Part shown: piece by piece, positions 27,771 through 37,950 of the stretch | Layout: every line of letters begins with the position of its first letter | Numbering within the stretch: position 1 is the first letter of the stretch | Assembly (NCBI GenBank): GCA_039818205.1 | Contig: JBCBUK010000001.1 | Location: forward strand, 288,001 to 352,000 | Reading direction: 5' to 3' | Origin: Verrucomicrobiota bacterium | Lineage (GTDB): Bacteria; Verrucomicrobiota; Verrucomicrobiia; Opitutales; Cerasicoccaceae | DNA length: 64,000 nt | Translations under genes and position numbers: made by a program | Notes under the pieces: model-generated | What the model saw: only the letters and a program-made list of their open reading frames with translations | Told to the model about the DNA's origin: nothing | The model's database searches: none

Positions 27771-28748
27771 ATGACACCACTTGCTCCGCTTAGCCTTTTA
27801 GCGTCGGTTCTGACGATACTAATCAGCATTCCTACAATCGCATCTACTGAATCAAAGACTGCGAGTACGGCCAACCCGATGGAGGAATACGCTGGGATGA
27901 TCGACGCGCTACGTTCGGAAAAGGCGCAGGCGAACCTGTTGATGAAGCAGATCAACGATACTTTTCATCGTAACATCGATGAACTCTCCTATACCGTCGG
28001 CAATGAGACCTTTCCACTGATCATTATTCACTCGAATTCTTCCCACAAAGATAAAGGCACGTTCAACTATACGCTATACAAGAGAGATGGTTCCATTGAG
28101 TCCATCCCTGCTCATACACCAGAAGAAACGCACATAAAATATATAATCCATCATGTGCCAGCCATCCTCGCGATTGTCCTACCTGAGTTTCAAGACCATG
28201 AAGCTGACAACAACCCGGGTTGGATGACGGAACTACAGCAGTTGGACAACAAGATCGTCGCAATTGACTCATGTATCCATCAAACGGACATCTCCGAGCC
28301 GATCATCAAGATGCTCCAATCGGTGCTTGGAGAATCTCATTTATATATTCAAAACTGCCTCAAAGAACGAGTGGTCTCTGAAGAAGAATTCAACGCTTAT
28401 ACGAGCAAAATTAAACCCACGATCTTACAGATTCTAGGAGCAGCAACGAAGGGTTTTTCAGAACGAACGACAGCGGTCTTTGCTCGATGGCAAACTGAAG
28501 TCGGCGACGATGAATGGAAAAATGTTCAAGTTATTGTGCAGACTAGTTTGGCACTGCGTGTCCCCGAAGAGAACCCTTACCTTCAACCGCTACAGGCCTT
28601 TCTCGGTGAGACCTTCCGTGAGGACCAAATCATTATTACGACAAATACCGCCTTCACAGATGAGCAGTTGCGAGACGAGCTTGGCCATTACTTTGCGTCA
28701 AAGTTAGTCGCTAGCTTTATACTACCGACACATCCGGGCGAAAAATAG
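27771..28748 (+). CDS. Secreted hypothetical protein
   Basis: 325-aa ORF with N-terminal signal peptide, helical-looking sequence; no family recognised. Confidence 0.7.
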   Translation: MTPLAPLSLLASVLTILISIPTIASTESKTASTANPMEEYAGMIDALRSEKAQANLLMKQINDTFHRNIDELSYTVGNETFPLIIIHSNSSHKDKGTFNYTLYKRDGSIESIPAHTPEETHIKYIIHHVPAILAIVLPEFQDHEADNNPGWMTELQQLDNKIVAIDSCIHQTDISEPIIKMLQSVLGESHLYIQNCLKERVVSEEEFNAYTSKIKPTILQILGAATKGFSERTTAVFARWQTEVGDDEWKNVQVIVQTSLALRVPEENPYLQPLQAFLGETFREDQIIITTNTAFTDEQLRDELGHYFASKLVASFILPTHPGEK

Positions 28749-28813
28749 ATGCCAAAACACACACGGCTTTGGCAACCCCATTTAATTGAAGCTCTATAGC
28801 CTCCTACTTTTTG

Positions 28814-30145
28814 ATGATGTTTCGGCAATTGCCCCTTCTAGTCAAAATTGCATGTCCGCTCTTCGCCGCGGGATCTCTCGCCGTCATTGCCGAAGCCACA
28901 GATCCACCCACAGAAACATCAACCTCGAGCGAGCTATCCCACCGTGCAATCAGCGGGAACACCGCAGCCGTCAATACCGTCGCTGGTACGGGGCAATTGG
29001 GCGAGTTAGTTGGTATGACGCCAGATACCGGCTTGCGGCTGGGCGGTGTCTTTCTCTCGGACTTCAACTGGCTGATCACCGGCGGCAAGGAACCTGGAAA
29101 AACCGGATGGAACTTTCTATTTATTCTCGATGGCCAAGTTGATCTGGAGAAGACCATAGGAATCCCTGGGGCAGGATTGGGGTCCCAATTCCTACTTTAT
29201 AAAGGACACGATATTAATGGCCAAGCTGGCACGATTTTAGGATACAATAGCCTAGAAGCGCTACCACCACTGAATAGAGCCGAGCTTTATCAACTGTGGT
29301 GGCGGCAGACATTCCTGAATGATAGCGTCATCGTGCGTCTCGGTAAAAGCGTTCCCACCGTCGATTTTACCAATGTGCTAACACCAATTCCCATAAACAA
29401 TGAGCCTTTCAAGGTGCCCGCATTGAGCGGATTGATCTACACTCCAGCCTTCATCAACCCAAGCATGCTCGGCGCAATCCCTGGCTATTATGACAGTGCC
29501 TGGGGAGTGACGCTGAACATTGTCCCACATGATCAATTCTATATCAATTGGGGGATCTACGATGGCTCGCTCGCATCCGGCTTCACGACTGGCAACCATG
29601 CCTTCCCCCGCTTTAATGGAACCTACTTTATGATCGCAGAAACCGGTGGCGCATGGAGTCTAAGTGAAGAGGGCTACTTTGGCCGTGCTGGCTTTGGCGG
29701 GTGGCAGCAAACGGGTGACCTCACGAACGGCACGATTACAGAAGACGGCACCTATGGATTCTACGGGTTTGCTTCTCAGGCGATTTGGCAGGATCTGAGC
29801 CACAAGAATGACACTCCAGGCAAGGGCATCATCGCATTCTTTCAATGGGGTATCAATGAGTCAGAAACCTTGCCCTTCAATGGCTACTTGGGCGCTGGCG
29901 CAACAGCGTTCGGTTTGGTACCCAACCGAGCACACGATACATTTGGATTTGGCGCGGCATATGGTTGGTTAAACCCGAACAATTTTCAACGCGATCACGA
30001 ACTGATGCTACAAACGTATTATCAAGCCCAGGTGACTGACTACCTATATGTCCAACCAGTGATCAGCTACATCCGAAATCCGGGCGCTTCACCCAGCTTC
30101 AGTGATGCCTGGGCGCTTAGTATGCGCGCCACACTTCTATTCTAG
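28814..30145 (+). CDS. Carbohydrate-selective porin, OprB family
   Basis: VDLEKTIG, ELYQLWWRQ, IVRLGK, GLVPNRAHDTFGFG, YVQPVISYIRNPG; terminal Phe (ATLLF). Confidence 0.88.
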   Translation: MMFRQLPLLVKIACPLFAAGSLAVIAEATDPPTETSTSSELSHRAISGNTAAVNTVAGTGQLGELVGMTPDTGLRLGGVFLSDFNWLITGGKEPGKTGWNFLFILDGQVDLEKTIGIPGAGLGSQFLLYKGHDINGQAGTILGYNSLEALPPLNRAELYQLWWRQTFLNDSVIVRLGKSVPTVDFTNVLTPIPINNEPFKVPALSGLIYTPAFINPSMLGAIPGYYDSAWGVTLNIVPHDQFYINWGIYDGSLASGFTTGNHAFPRFNGTYFMIAETGGAWSLSEEGYFGRAGFGGWQQTGDLTNGTITEDGTYGFYGFASQAIWQDLSHKNDTPGKGIIAFFQWGINESETLPFNGYLGAGATAFGLVPNRAHDTFGFGAAYGWLNPNNFQRDHELMLQTYYQAQVTDYLYVQPVISYIRNPGASPSFSDAWALSMRATLLF

Positions 30146-30390
30146 GATATGTCCGAACCATACCCATCCGGACCCAAGGCGATAATGTCGTGTTCGGATC
30201 ACAAAATCAATTTCACCACTAGACGCCATTACAGTTGTAGACCAAGTACCAATCAGCAGTTAGTCGCCGGCTAGCGATTAACTAGAAAGTTCTACCGATG
30301 TGAGATATCACTCGACAGCCAAAATAGAAATGACTAAAAACTAATGGATATTCCGTCTAGCTATTTAAAACCTATACCCTATTTACTACC

Positions 30391-31800
30391 ATGCCCGAAT
30401 CCACGCCATCCTCTCATGCCATCCGCGGTTCCTTTTTTGATTTACTGGATAACCCCTGGGACCATGTCGGCAATGAAGCAGCCTCTGCACGGTTCATACC
30501 GGATGGTCTTCTGGTGGTTAAGGATGGTCTCATTATCGAGTTCGGGCCTTATAATGAACTATCGGCCAAACACGCTGATACGCCTACGACACACATCCAA
30601 GATCGACTCATTCTCCCTGGGTTTATTGATGGGCATATTCACTTTCCTCAAGTCCGCGTTCCTGGAGCCTATGGCAACCAGCTACTCGATTGGCTTCAAA
30701 ATTGGATTTTTCCCGAAGAGATCAAATACAAGGACCGCGCATATGCTGAGGAGGCTGCTGAACATTTTTACGAAGCGGTTCTGTCTGGAGGCACTACAAC
30801 GTTTCAGGCATTCACAACCAGTAGTCCGGTATCCGCTGACGTTCTCTTTGAGGGAGCGGAAAAACGTAACATGCGTATACTCACCGGGCTTACCGGAATT
30901 GACCGGTTTGCACCGGATTATTACGTCATCTCTCCAGATGATTTCTATGCAGGCTCGAAAGATTTGATTGAGAAGTGGCATCGCCGGGGGCGCAATCTGT
31001 ACGCCATCACACCTCGTTTTGCAGTTGGCTGCACCGATGACATGATGGAGCGCTGTGCACAACTTAAGCGAGAGTTCCCCGATTGCTGGGTAAACACGCA
31101 CATTTCAGAAAACCCCAGTGAGATCAAAACCTGCCATGCGAGTTTCCCCGATTGCAGCGATTACACTGCGGTCCATGAAAAGCATGGTTTGCTGGGCCCA
31201 AAATTTACGGCTGGCCATGGCGTTTGGCTTAGCAACGATGAGATGCGTCGTTTTTCAAAAGCTGGCGCAGCAGTTTGTTTTTGCCCGCTGAGCAATCTCT
31301 TTTTGGGCAGCGGCCTGTTTCGTCTTGGACGAGCTATGGACCCTGAGCATCCGGTACTCGTCAGTCTCGGTTGCGATGTGGGCGGCGGAAATGCGTTCAG
31401 CATTATTCGCGTCATGGAGGAAGCTTACAAGGTTGGTATGTGCAACAACACAATGCTTGATGGTTCTCTTAGCCCTCGGGACCAAGATCTTGCTGAATCT
31501 GAGCGCAACAAGCTATCCCCCTATCGTGCATTCTATCTCGCGACTCTCGGTGGCGCTCGTTCGCTCTATCTCGACGAGCAATTGGGTAATTTTGAGCCGG
31601 GTAAGGAGGCTGACTTCGTAGCCCTTGATTGGAAAGCCGGGCAATCGGCAATGGAATGGCACCAGTCGCTCATTACCGAATCCACACCACAGACGATGGA
31701 GGAGGCATCGGCGCTTCTCTTTGGAGTAATGGCTTGCGGTGACGACCGTAATATTGATCAGACCTGGATCGCGGGCAAGTGCTTGTATCAACAGTCATAA
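30391..31800 (+). CDS. guaD: Guanine deaminase (amidohydrolase superfamily)
   Basis: PGFIDGHIHFPQ, QLLDWL, YAITPRFA, THISEN, GHGVWL, CPLSNLFLGSGLF, GCDVGGG, ATLGGA, GKEADFV. Confidence 0.92.
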   Translation: MPESTPSSHAIRGSFFDLLDNPWDHVGNEAASARFIPDGLLVVKDGLIIEFGPYNELSAKHADTPTTHIQDRLILPGFIDGHIHFPQVRVPGAYGNQLLDWLQNWIFPEEIKYKDRAYAEEAAEHFYEAVLSGGTTTFQAFTTSSPVSADVLFEGAEKRNMRILTGLTGIDRFAPDYYVISPDDFYAGSKDLIEKWHRRGRNLYAITPRFAVGCTDDMMERCAQLKREFPDCWVNTHISENPSEIKTCHASFPDCSDYTAVHEKHGLLGPKFTAGHGVWLSNDEMRRFSKAGAAVCFCPLSNLFLGSGLFRLGRAMDPEHPVLVSLGCDVGGGNAFSIIRVMEEAYKVGMCNNTMLDGSLSPRDQDLAESERNKLSPYRAFYLATLGGARSLYLDEQLGNFEPGKEADFVALDWKAGQSAMEWHQSLITESTPQTMEEASALLFGVMACGDDRNIDQTWIAGKCLYQQS

Positions 31801-32289
31801 GTGGGTGTGGGCTTCGATCTATTTAAATCAGAGAGCCTAACAGTTTCTTTTGATGTTTGATACATTTGTGGCTTGGTGGACTGTGACGATGGCGCGCACG
31901 GCAATTTCCTAGTTTCAGAGGAAACGTTGTGCCCATGGTGTCTCGCGTGCGAAAGATTTCGAAACAGCCCGGCTCGGCCCCCAGAAGCGCAACCAGTGGC
32001 TAGATCGATGTGGCAGCCACTCCACTAATGACTACTTGCAAATTTCGGAGTAGCTAGAGTCAATTTCGCGATCCGGTGGATGCGGATAACCGTCCGATCA
32101 ACTACGACGTCAAATTTGGCTCTGGTCGAACAACGATGATCCGGAAGGACATTAGGAGCCGCTATTTAGTTGGGCATGCTAATGCGAGAGCGACCCGCGA
32201 CCCAACAGTCTCCAGATCAATGATAGGCTTGATCAATCTCGCCTCAGCAATAGGGTTCTACACTTGTGTTCTCGCCTCAAAATTCGTCA

Positions 32290-33756
32290 ATGGACCACCA
32301 TCGATTCAAGTTACTGATTGTTTCGGGCGATATGCCGAGCCACGTCTATGCGTCAGCGAAGCTGGCACACGTATACGCATCGCTAGGCCATCAAGTCACC
32401 ATTGCTGCACCGGAGGGCCCCGCAATGGAGAAGATGAACAGCCTGGTTGAGGATATCAAAGAGGTCCGGCGGGTGTCATCCGGGAAAACGGGGACGCTGA
32501 ACCAGATCAACCAGCGAACCATCACCAACCCCTACTCCTATCACACGATTCTAAAAGCCTTGCGTCATCCGTTTCCAGATGCGTATGCGATCGCCAAGAT
32601 GATTACGATCGAACATGACGGAATGTACGATTCAATTCGTGACCTTATTCGGATCGGAGCGTTCGATGTGGTCATACCGATACACTCAGTCTCACCGGTT
32701 GTTTGTGACGCTGTGGAATCCCTGGAATCAAGCGCGAAGGTATTGATTTTTTCTTCGACACCCTACGACCCAGCTACCTATCTTCCGCCGTCTCAGACCT
32801 GGAACCTCACTCGCGCCCTATCAACCTTTCCCCACGTGAGCGCTTACAGTTCGCGACGTCCAGAAAATATCCTTGTTGGTTGGCATCATCAATTTTGGAA
32901 ATGGCTGGATACCTGGTTTACTCAGCGGGCTTGGGACAGGTCCGGAGTTTTGGTAAATGAATACCGAGAGAAGAGAGGATTAGAACCAATAGCTGGCGGC
33001 TATATTGGATATCAACGTCGATACCCAAGTCTCGTCGTTGGCGGAGTACCCCCGTTCCTGGACGAGTCCTATCCGATTTCGCCGCAAGTGACCGTAGTGG
33101 GCACACTCGATGATATCGATGATGCAAGGGAACCCATTGATGAAGATTTGAACCATTGGCTAAACCAAGCCGAATCACGCATCGTTTATATTGGGTTCGG
33201 CACTGGAACAAAGTTGAATGAGAACGAAGCAGCAAATGCCACCGGGCATCTTTACCGATCTCTATTGGAGCAATTCGGAGAACCGGTGCGTTTCCTTTTT
33301 GCTCTTCGCGGTTTAGAACAAGAGCGCCTCCGGAAGGTGTTTGACTTTGCCTTTGGATCGCAACCCTCCTCTGAATCCAAGCGCAAGCTGGAATACATGA
33401 ATGGACACTTTCGAATTCAAGATAATGTTCCCCAGGCAGCATTATTAGATTCAGGAAAAGTAAACGTATTCGTCAGCCACATGGGTATGGGCGGATTCAC
33501 CGAAGGCAGTCAAGGCGGGGTGCCATTCGTTTGTTGTCCGAGTGGTTGTGATCAGTTTTTCAATACCGCGCGCGCCATCGACGCCGGCATTGGCGTGAGG
33601 GTTAGCGCTGGATTCGCAGACCTTAGCGACCGCGTAATGGAGGTATTGCAGAACAAGTCGATGCAAGAACGCTCCAAGGACGTCGCACACGAACTTCAAC
33701 ATTTTGACGGCAAGGAGCAGGCGCAACAAGCGCTAGAAAACCTGATTTCCGAATAG
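32290..33756 (+). CDS. GT1 family UDP-glycosyltransferase
   Basis: PSHV catalytic His region, GHQVT, VYIGFGT, PSPG-like box VPQAALL...FVSHMGMGGFTEG...GVPFVCCP...DQFFN. Confidence 0.88.
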   Translation: MDHHRFKLLIVSGDMPSHVYASAKLAHVYASLGHQVTIAAPEGPAMEKMNSLVEDIKEVRRVSSGKTGTLNQINQRTITNPYSYHTILKALRHPFPDAYAIAKMITIEHDGMYDSIRDLIRIGAFDVVIPIHSVSPVVCDAVESLESSAKVLIFSSTPYDPATYLPPSQTWNLTRALSTFPHVSAYSSRRPENILVGWHHQFWKWLDTWFTQRAWDRSGVLVNEYREKRGLEPIAGGYIGYQRRYPSLVVGGVPPFLDESYPISPQVTVVGTLDDIDDAREPIDEDLNHWLNQAESRIVYIGFGTGTKLNENEAANATGHLYRSLLEQFGEPVRFLFALRGLEQERLRKVFDFAFGSQPSSESKRKLEYMNGHFRIQDNVPQAALLDSGKVNVFVSHMGMGGFTEGSQGGVPFVCCPSGCDQFFNTARAIDAGIGVRVSAGFADLSDRVMEVLQNKSMQERSKDVAHELQHFDGKEQAQQALENLISE

Positions 33757-33888
33757 GAATCATAACGCGACCTCGTGCCCCAGCCTCCATTTTTCGAATT
33801 AGAGGTACGTGACGACCGCCATCAAACAAGCGGATACTGCTTGCTATCTACCAATTGCCCATTCGGATCGAGGGGCATATGGCACAAT

Positions 33889-34983
33889 TCAGCCTTGAGG
33901 CAGCATGCTCTGGTGCCTGCGGCTCCAAAACGGTCGTTCAGCAAAACGTTGCTCAGACGAGTAGACGGAACGCTTCTCTGATAAGTAACGTTTGAGACCA
34001 AAGTCCATACCTTCTGCATATTGTTCGAGTGGTTCCGAATCGCCTGCAAGAAAAGCATCGATAGCCAAGGCAGCACGACGCCCTGACCAAAGGGCAGTCG
34101 TCATCCCGTGGGAAGATAAAGGATCAAGACTGAGAGCAGCATCACCAGCAGCGCACCATTGTTTGCCAAAAACAGGTTGGCAGTATGCCGTGCTGGAATT
34201 GGTGATCGCCGGAACTGCATCAGCAGTGTACCCAGCTGATTGAATCCGTCGGTTTGTAAAAACTGTCTGCTCAATCAGTCTATCCCAGGCCGACAGATTA
34301 GCGGTTAGGCGCTTGGGGAGCAGATCCGCGTCCGTGAAATAGGCAACAACCAGACGCCCATCAGGAAGAAGCGATGAATACCACCACCCGTCAACCGCCG
34401 ATTCGGTTAGAATACCCGGCGTTGGCTCCACCTCCTTTTGGTTTTGGACAAGAAACGAAAATGCAGCAACCAATTGGTCCTCCTTCACCCGACTTGAAAA
34501 CTGCCGAGCGACAACAGCCGAGCGACCACTGCAATCAAGGACGAATCGTGCTTCGACACACTCTCCATTTGACAACCTAAGACTCCAATTAGGCTCGGAC
34601 CGACTGATCTGCGAAAGTTTATGTGGGAGATGCGTCGCATTGGTTCGATTGGCGGCAATCCATAGGTCAGATTCAAATCGAGGTCGATCCAAGTGCCATC
34701 CAGGTTCCGCCACCGACATCATTGAACTTCGCTCCTCAAGTCGGTTCGATCCCCACGCAGAGAAAAACCCATGAGCCTCTCGATGCCCACCATTGAGAAA
34801 GTCATCCCACGCACCCAACTGTCTCAATATCGCATTAGCCGCACCAGGCAACATCTCGCCAATCCGATCACCTCGCTCCATCTGCGGCGAGACGACGCAA
34901 ATCGCCAAGGAAGATTCCCGCAGTGAGCACAACGCTGATGCCGCGGCGACACCACCCCCAACGATCACCAAATCGTAAATCAC
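33889..34983 (-). CDS. LodB/GoxB family FAD-dependent oxidoreductase (CTQ maturation flavoprotein)
   Basis: GGGVAA dinucleotide motif, RIGEML, GWHLDR, DCSGR, GWWYSS, AAGDAALSLDPLSSHG; GTGA-coupled to the lodA-like gene. Confidence 0.88.
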   Translation of the reverse strand: MIYDLVIVGGGVAAASALCSLRESSLAICVVSPQMERGDRIGEMLPGAANAILRQLGAWDDFLNGGHREAHGFFSAWGSNRLEERSSMMSVAEPGWHLDRPRFESDLWIAANRTNATHLPHKLSQISRSEPNWSLRLSNGECVEARFVLDCSGRSAVVARQFSSRVKEDQLVAAFSFLVQNQKEVEPTPGILTESAVDGWWYSSLLPDGRLVVAYFTDADLLPKRLTANLSAWDRLIEQTVFTNRRIQSAGYTADAVPAITNSSTAYCQPVFGKQWCAAGDAALSLDPLSSHGMTTALWSGRRAALAIDAFLAGDSEPLEQYAEGMDFGLKRYLSEKRSVYSSEQRFAERPFWSRRHQSMLPQG

Positions 34984-36977
34984 CTGAGTCCGGCGTTGGG
35001 TTTCCCGGCGGAGTCCAGCTCCATCGAACCCCTTCCCGATTCCACAAACAAAGACTTAGGAATCTGTGATGGCGCATCTGGGTCGACGGGACCAGGACGA
35101 CGCAAAACAAATCCCATTCGGCTCCAAAGATATATCATTCTCCCAAGCCCGTCCGTATAACTGGCGTCTGCGTGGTAACCAATTCCGGCGACGCCCCGCG
35201 CCCACGGCACGCGGTTCTCCGCAAACTTTATCCGCTCGCTGGGATCAAGATCTTTGCGCAAAACTTGATTGTAGTAAGCTTCCGGCAGAACATCCACGGG
35301 TAAGGATGCAGGCCACCAAGTCGGACTCGGAAAGTCATTGGCATAGAGAACTTGGTTACAGCTAAAAGCATCGCTTTGCCAAGGGACTCCCATCCATCGT
35401 GTAACATCACCCGGCATCTGGGGGCCAATCGGAGCGGCTTTTTCGGCGGTACCTTCAAGCGCAATCTTCGATGTCAACAAAGGGCCGAGATCTTGGATCA
35501 AACTATCACGACTCGCCAAAGCGATTCGATAAGCCGAAGAATATATAGCCTCATGGCGCATCGGCCAGGTGGTTTCAACACCCGGGTGAAAGGCGCCGCC
35601 AGAACAAGGCTCAAGCGCAGCGCGAGTCAAAGCTTCCGGCTGCATCGAAAGCTCAATATCGTCAAACACGCTCAGAGAATCGAGGGTATCATCCTCGAAG
35701 TCATTGCGGAAATCTCCGTCCATCCAGCGTTGCAGTGCCTCGTACGCCAGGTCCGGCATTAGGAACCAATGGGCAGGACTAAACTCGTAGTTCACCCCTT
35801 CTCCGATCAGATACGGCAACTTGAACTGCTCCACCTTCTCCGATTTGGGGTCGCGGAACTGCTTAAAAACTTCCTTACGAAACGATTTGTTGGCCACGCT
35901 CGGGTCCGCAAGTTTCTCGATATATTTTGGGTCAAGGAAGTCGCCAACATTGATCCAGCCTTGCCGTAGATTCGCCGACACGGCAACCCACTCCAATTGC
36001 CCTAAGCGATGAAAGAACGGGTAAATATCTCGGCGGAATGAAAGCGGCGATTGAGGCAACGGCGCATCCGCGAATCCCTTCTTTGCGGCAGTGTCTCGAA
36101 CGACATCGTAAAGCGATACAAACGGAGTAATCTCAGGCGCAAAGTTCGGTCCAGTAGCAATCACCCACGCAGGCTCAACCGGCAAGGAGGTTCCATCTTT
36201 GAACGTAACTGCTGCTTTGACCCATCCATCGCAGGTATCGTCGTACCAGGCATCATTCCCGGAGAAGCTGCGAATCGAGTTGTCGGGTATCGCAGAAGCA
36301 GACTTTCCATCACCGGGAAAAAACAAAAGGCGCCCTGCCCCGTCTGTTCGCAACTCGCCCAAATTGACATCTATCGAATCCCAGAACTTTCCTTGCATCT
36401 GATAGGTCGTGCTACCTCCGCTCGAATTTCTGTTGGCTCCACGAATAGATACTTGCCCTGGGTCGATCACGAGCATGCGCTCGCGGTCGCGATCCGCGAC
36501 GTTCTGATTTCGCTTTTGGCCGGGGATGCCCTCGGCCAAATCTGGAATGTCCAGCGGATTGCTAAACTGATACCATGCCGCTTTTGTATTTGCTACGTGA
36601 ACCGTCCACTCAATATCGGCCACATCTGCGGTAATCTCTTCGACGACACGGCCTTGATCATCAAATCCATAGATTCGAAAGCGCTGAACTTGCTTCTTGA
36701 TGTGCTGGTCACCATCCTTGAACCCGCCTTCGGGACTCGCGGGAATGCCCGGTATTTCGGGCGCAAGGAACCATTGTTTGCTATTACCGAGGCGCGAAAC
36801 CCCAATCGCTGGATAGATTCCCAGGCGAACAATTTTTGAACCTGCCGGTGCCGTTTGTAGGGTTCCGCTTTGAGACAAAGCCACCTTTGCAAGACCGATC
36901 GAAGAAAGCGACAACATGGAGACATTGCTCAAAAAATCGCGGCGTTTCATTCCACTACTGATTGTTGAATCGCTCAT
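34980..36977 (-). CDS. LodA/GoxA family CTQ-dependent amino acid oxidase with Tat signal
   Basis: IYPAIGVSRLGNS, IKKQVQRFRIY, WTVHVANTKAAW, LGELRTD, WYDDTCDG, GGAFHPGVE, PGDVTRWMGVPWQSDAFSC (Asp/Cys), WSRMGFV (Trp); KRRDFL twin-Arg. Confidence 0.92.
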   Translation of the reverse strand: MSDSTISSGMKRRDFLSNVSMLSLSSIGLAKVALSQSGTLQTAPAGSKIVRLGIYPAIGVSRLGNSKQWFLAPEIPGIPASPEGGFKDGDQHIKKQVQRFRIYGFDDQGRVVEEITADVADIEWTVHVANTKAAWYQFSNPLDIPDLAEGIPGQKRNQNVADRDRERMLVIDPGQVSIRGANRNSSGGSTTYQMQGKFWDSIDVNLGELRTDGAGRLLFFPGDGKSASAIPDNSIRSFSGNDAWYDDTCDGWVKAAVTFKDGTSLPVEPAWVIATGPNFAPEITPFVSLYDVVRDTAAKKGFADAPLPQSPLSFRRDIYPFFHRLGQLEWVAVSANLRQGWINVGDFLDPKYIEKLADPSVANKSFRKEVFKQFRDPKSEKVEQFKLPYLIGEGVNYEFSPAHWFLMPDLAYEALQRWMDGDFRNDFEDDTLDSLSVFDDIELSMQPEALTRAALEPCSGGAFHPGVETTWPMRHEAIYSSAYRIALASRDSLIQDLGPLLTSKIALEGTAEKAAPIGPQMPGDVTRWMGVPWQSDAFSCNQVLYANDFPSPTWWPASLPVDVLPEAYYNQVLRKDLDPSERIKFAENRVPWARGVAGIGYHADASYTDGLGRMIYLWSRMGFVLRRPGPVDPDAPSQIPKSLFVESGRGSMELDSAGKPNAGLR

Positions 36978-37212
36978 CCCGGGTAAGGCATCATTCTGAT
37001 TAAGGGTTGGTTTACTTTTTATGGATCGAAACTGGACACGGGTCAACCAGCGAGATCTAAGTCGCAATCTCCTCGAACAATTTCAGACGGAAAACGTTGT
37101 ATTCGATCACCGTGCGCCGAAGGCCGAACAACGAAAGAAACACGCTTGGCGTTTGAGGTGGACGGTGCAAAATCATTGTATTCAGTGGGTACAGTCGATA
37201 GATTTTGAGGAC

Positions 37213-37647
37213 ATGAAAAACAAATTTATTTCGGTTATCTCTATTGTGATTTGTGGATTCTCTATGTTGGTCGCGCAACCAGAGAACACCAAATCTGCTG
37301 GACCTGAATACTATCGAGCGGCCGTGCAAGCGGGTGGATTTCTTTTTGTTGCCGGACAAAATGCTCAGAAAAGTGATGAAGTGCTGACGGAACCAATCGC
37401 GGGCCAAACTGAAGCTGCGCTCAAGCTAATCGCGGAGACCTTGAAACAACATGGCTACAGCTTCAACGATGTGGTTAGCGTCGATGTCTTCCTAGCAAAA
37501 CAAAGTGATTTCGCGGATTTCAATATTGCCTACCATAAATATTTTCCCAATCGACCCGCCCGGTCGACTTCGTTGGGCGTGCTTCATCAGGACAAAGGGG
37601 CGTTGGTTGAAATTTCACTTGTCGCCTACAAAGCTGACGCCAATTAA
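37213..37647 (+). CDS. RidA/YjgF family imine deaminase with signal peptide
   Basis: GPEYYRAAV, FLFVAGQ, DFADFNIAY, PARS (catalytic Arg), ALVEIS; N-terminal MKNKFISVISIVICGFSMLVA; GAGG RBS before ATG 37213. Confidence 0.88.
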   Translation: MKNKFISVISIVICGFSMLVAQPENTKSAGPEYYRAAVQAGGFLFVAGQNAQKSDEVLTEPIAGQTEAALKLIAETLKQHGYSFNDVVSVDVFLAKQSDFADFNIAYHKYFPNRPARSTSLGVLHQDKGALVEISLVAYKADAN

Positions 37648-37950
37648 TAGACGATCGTTGGCTGAATCCCCGTTCACGGTGGGGAAAGAAGCCGTAGTGA
37701 TCCCCTACTGTGTTGAGCCAGTATAGGCCAATCAACTTGCGATGCGAGCACCCTTCACCGTATTGCTCACCTGTATTCCTACGCCGTCGACAGAATAAAT
37801 TTTGCATAGCTACCAACGATTCTAGCACAGCAAATATTAATCCCGAATGAAGATTGGGCCCTACCTATATAGCGATGTTCTAAGTTAATTCCCAAAAAAC
37901 CGATTTCATTAACTCGGTGTTAATATTCAATTTGGTAGACTTGGGCCAAC

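Noticed and set aside
30152..30198. TCCGAAC...GTTCGGA inverted repeat after the porin gene as an attC site
   Set aside because: Shorter than typical attC, poor internal pairing and no integrase in the window; at most a weak hairpin.
37021..37212. N-terminal extension of the RidA ORF
   Set aside because: ATG 37213 has a GAGG RBS and starts a clean signal peptide; the extension runs through the divergent promoter region.
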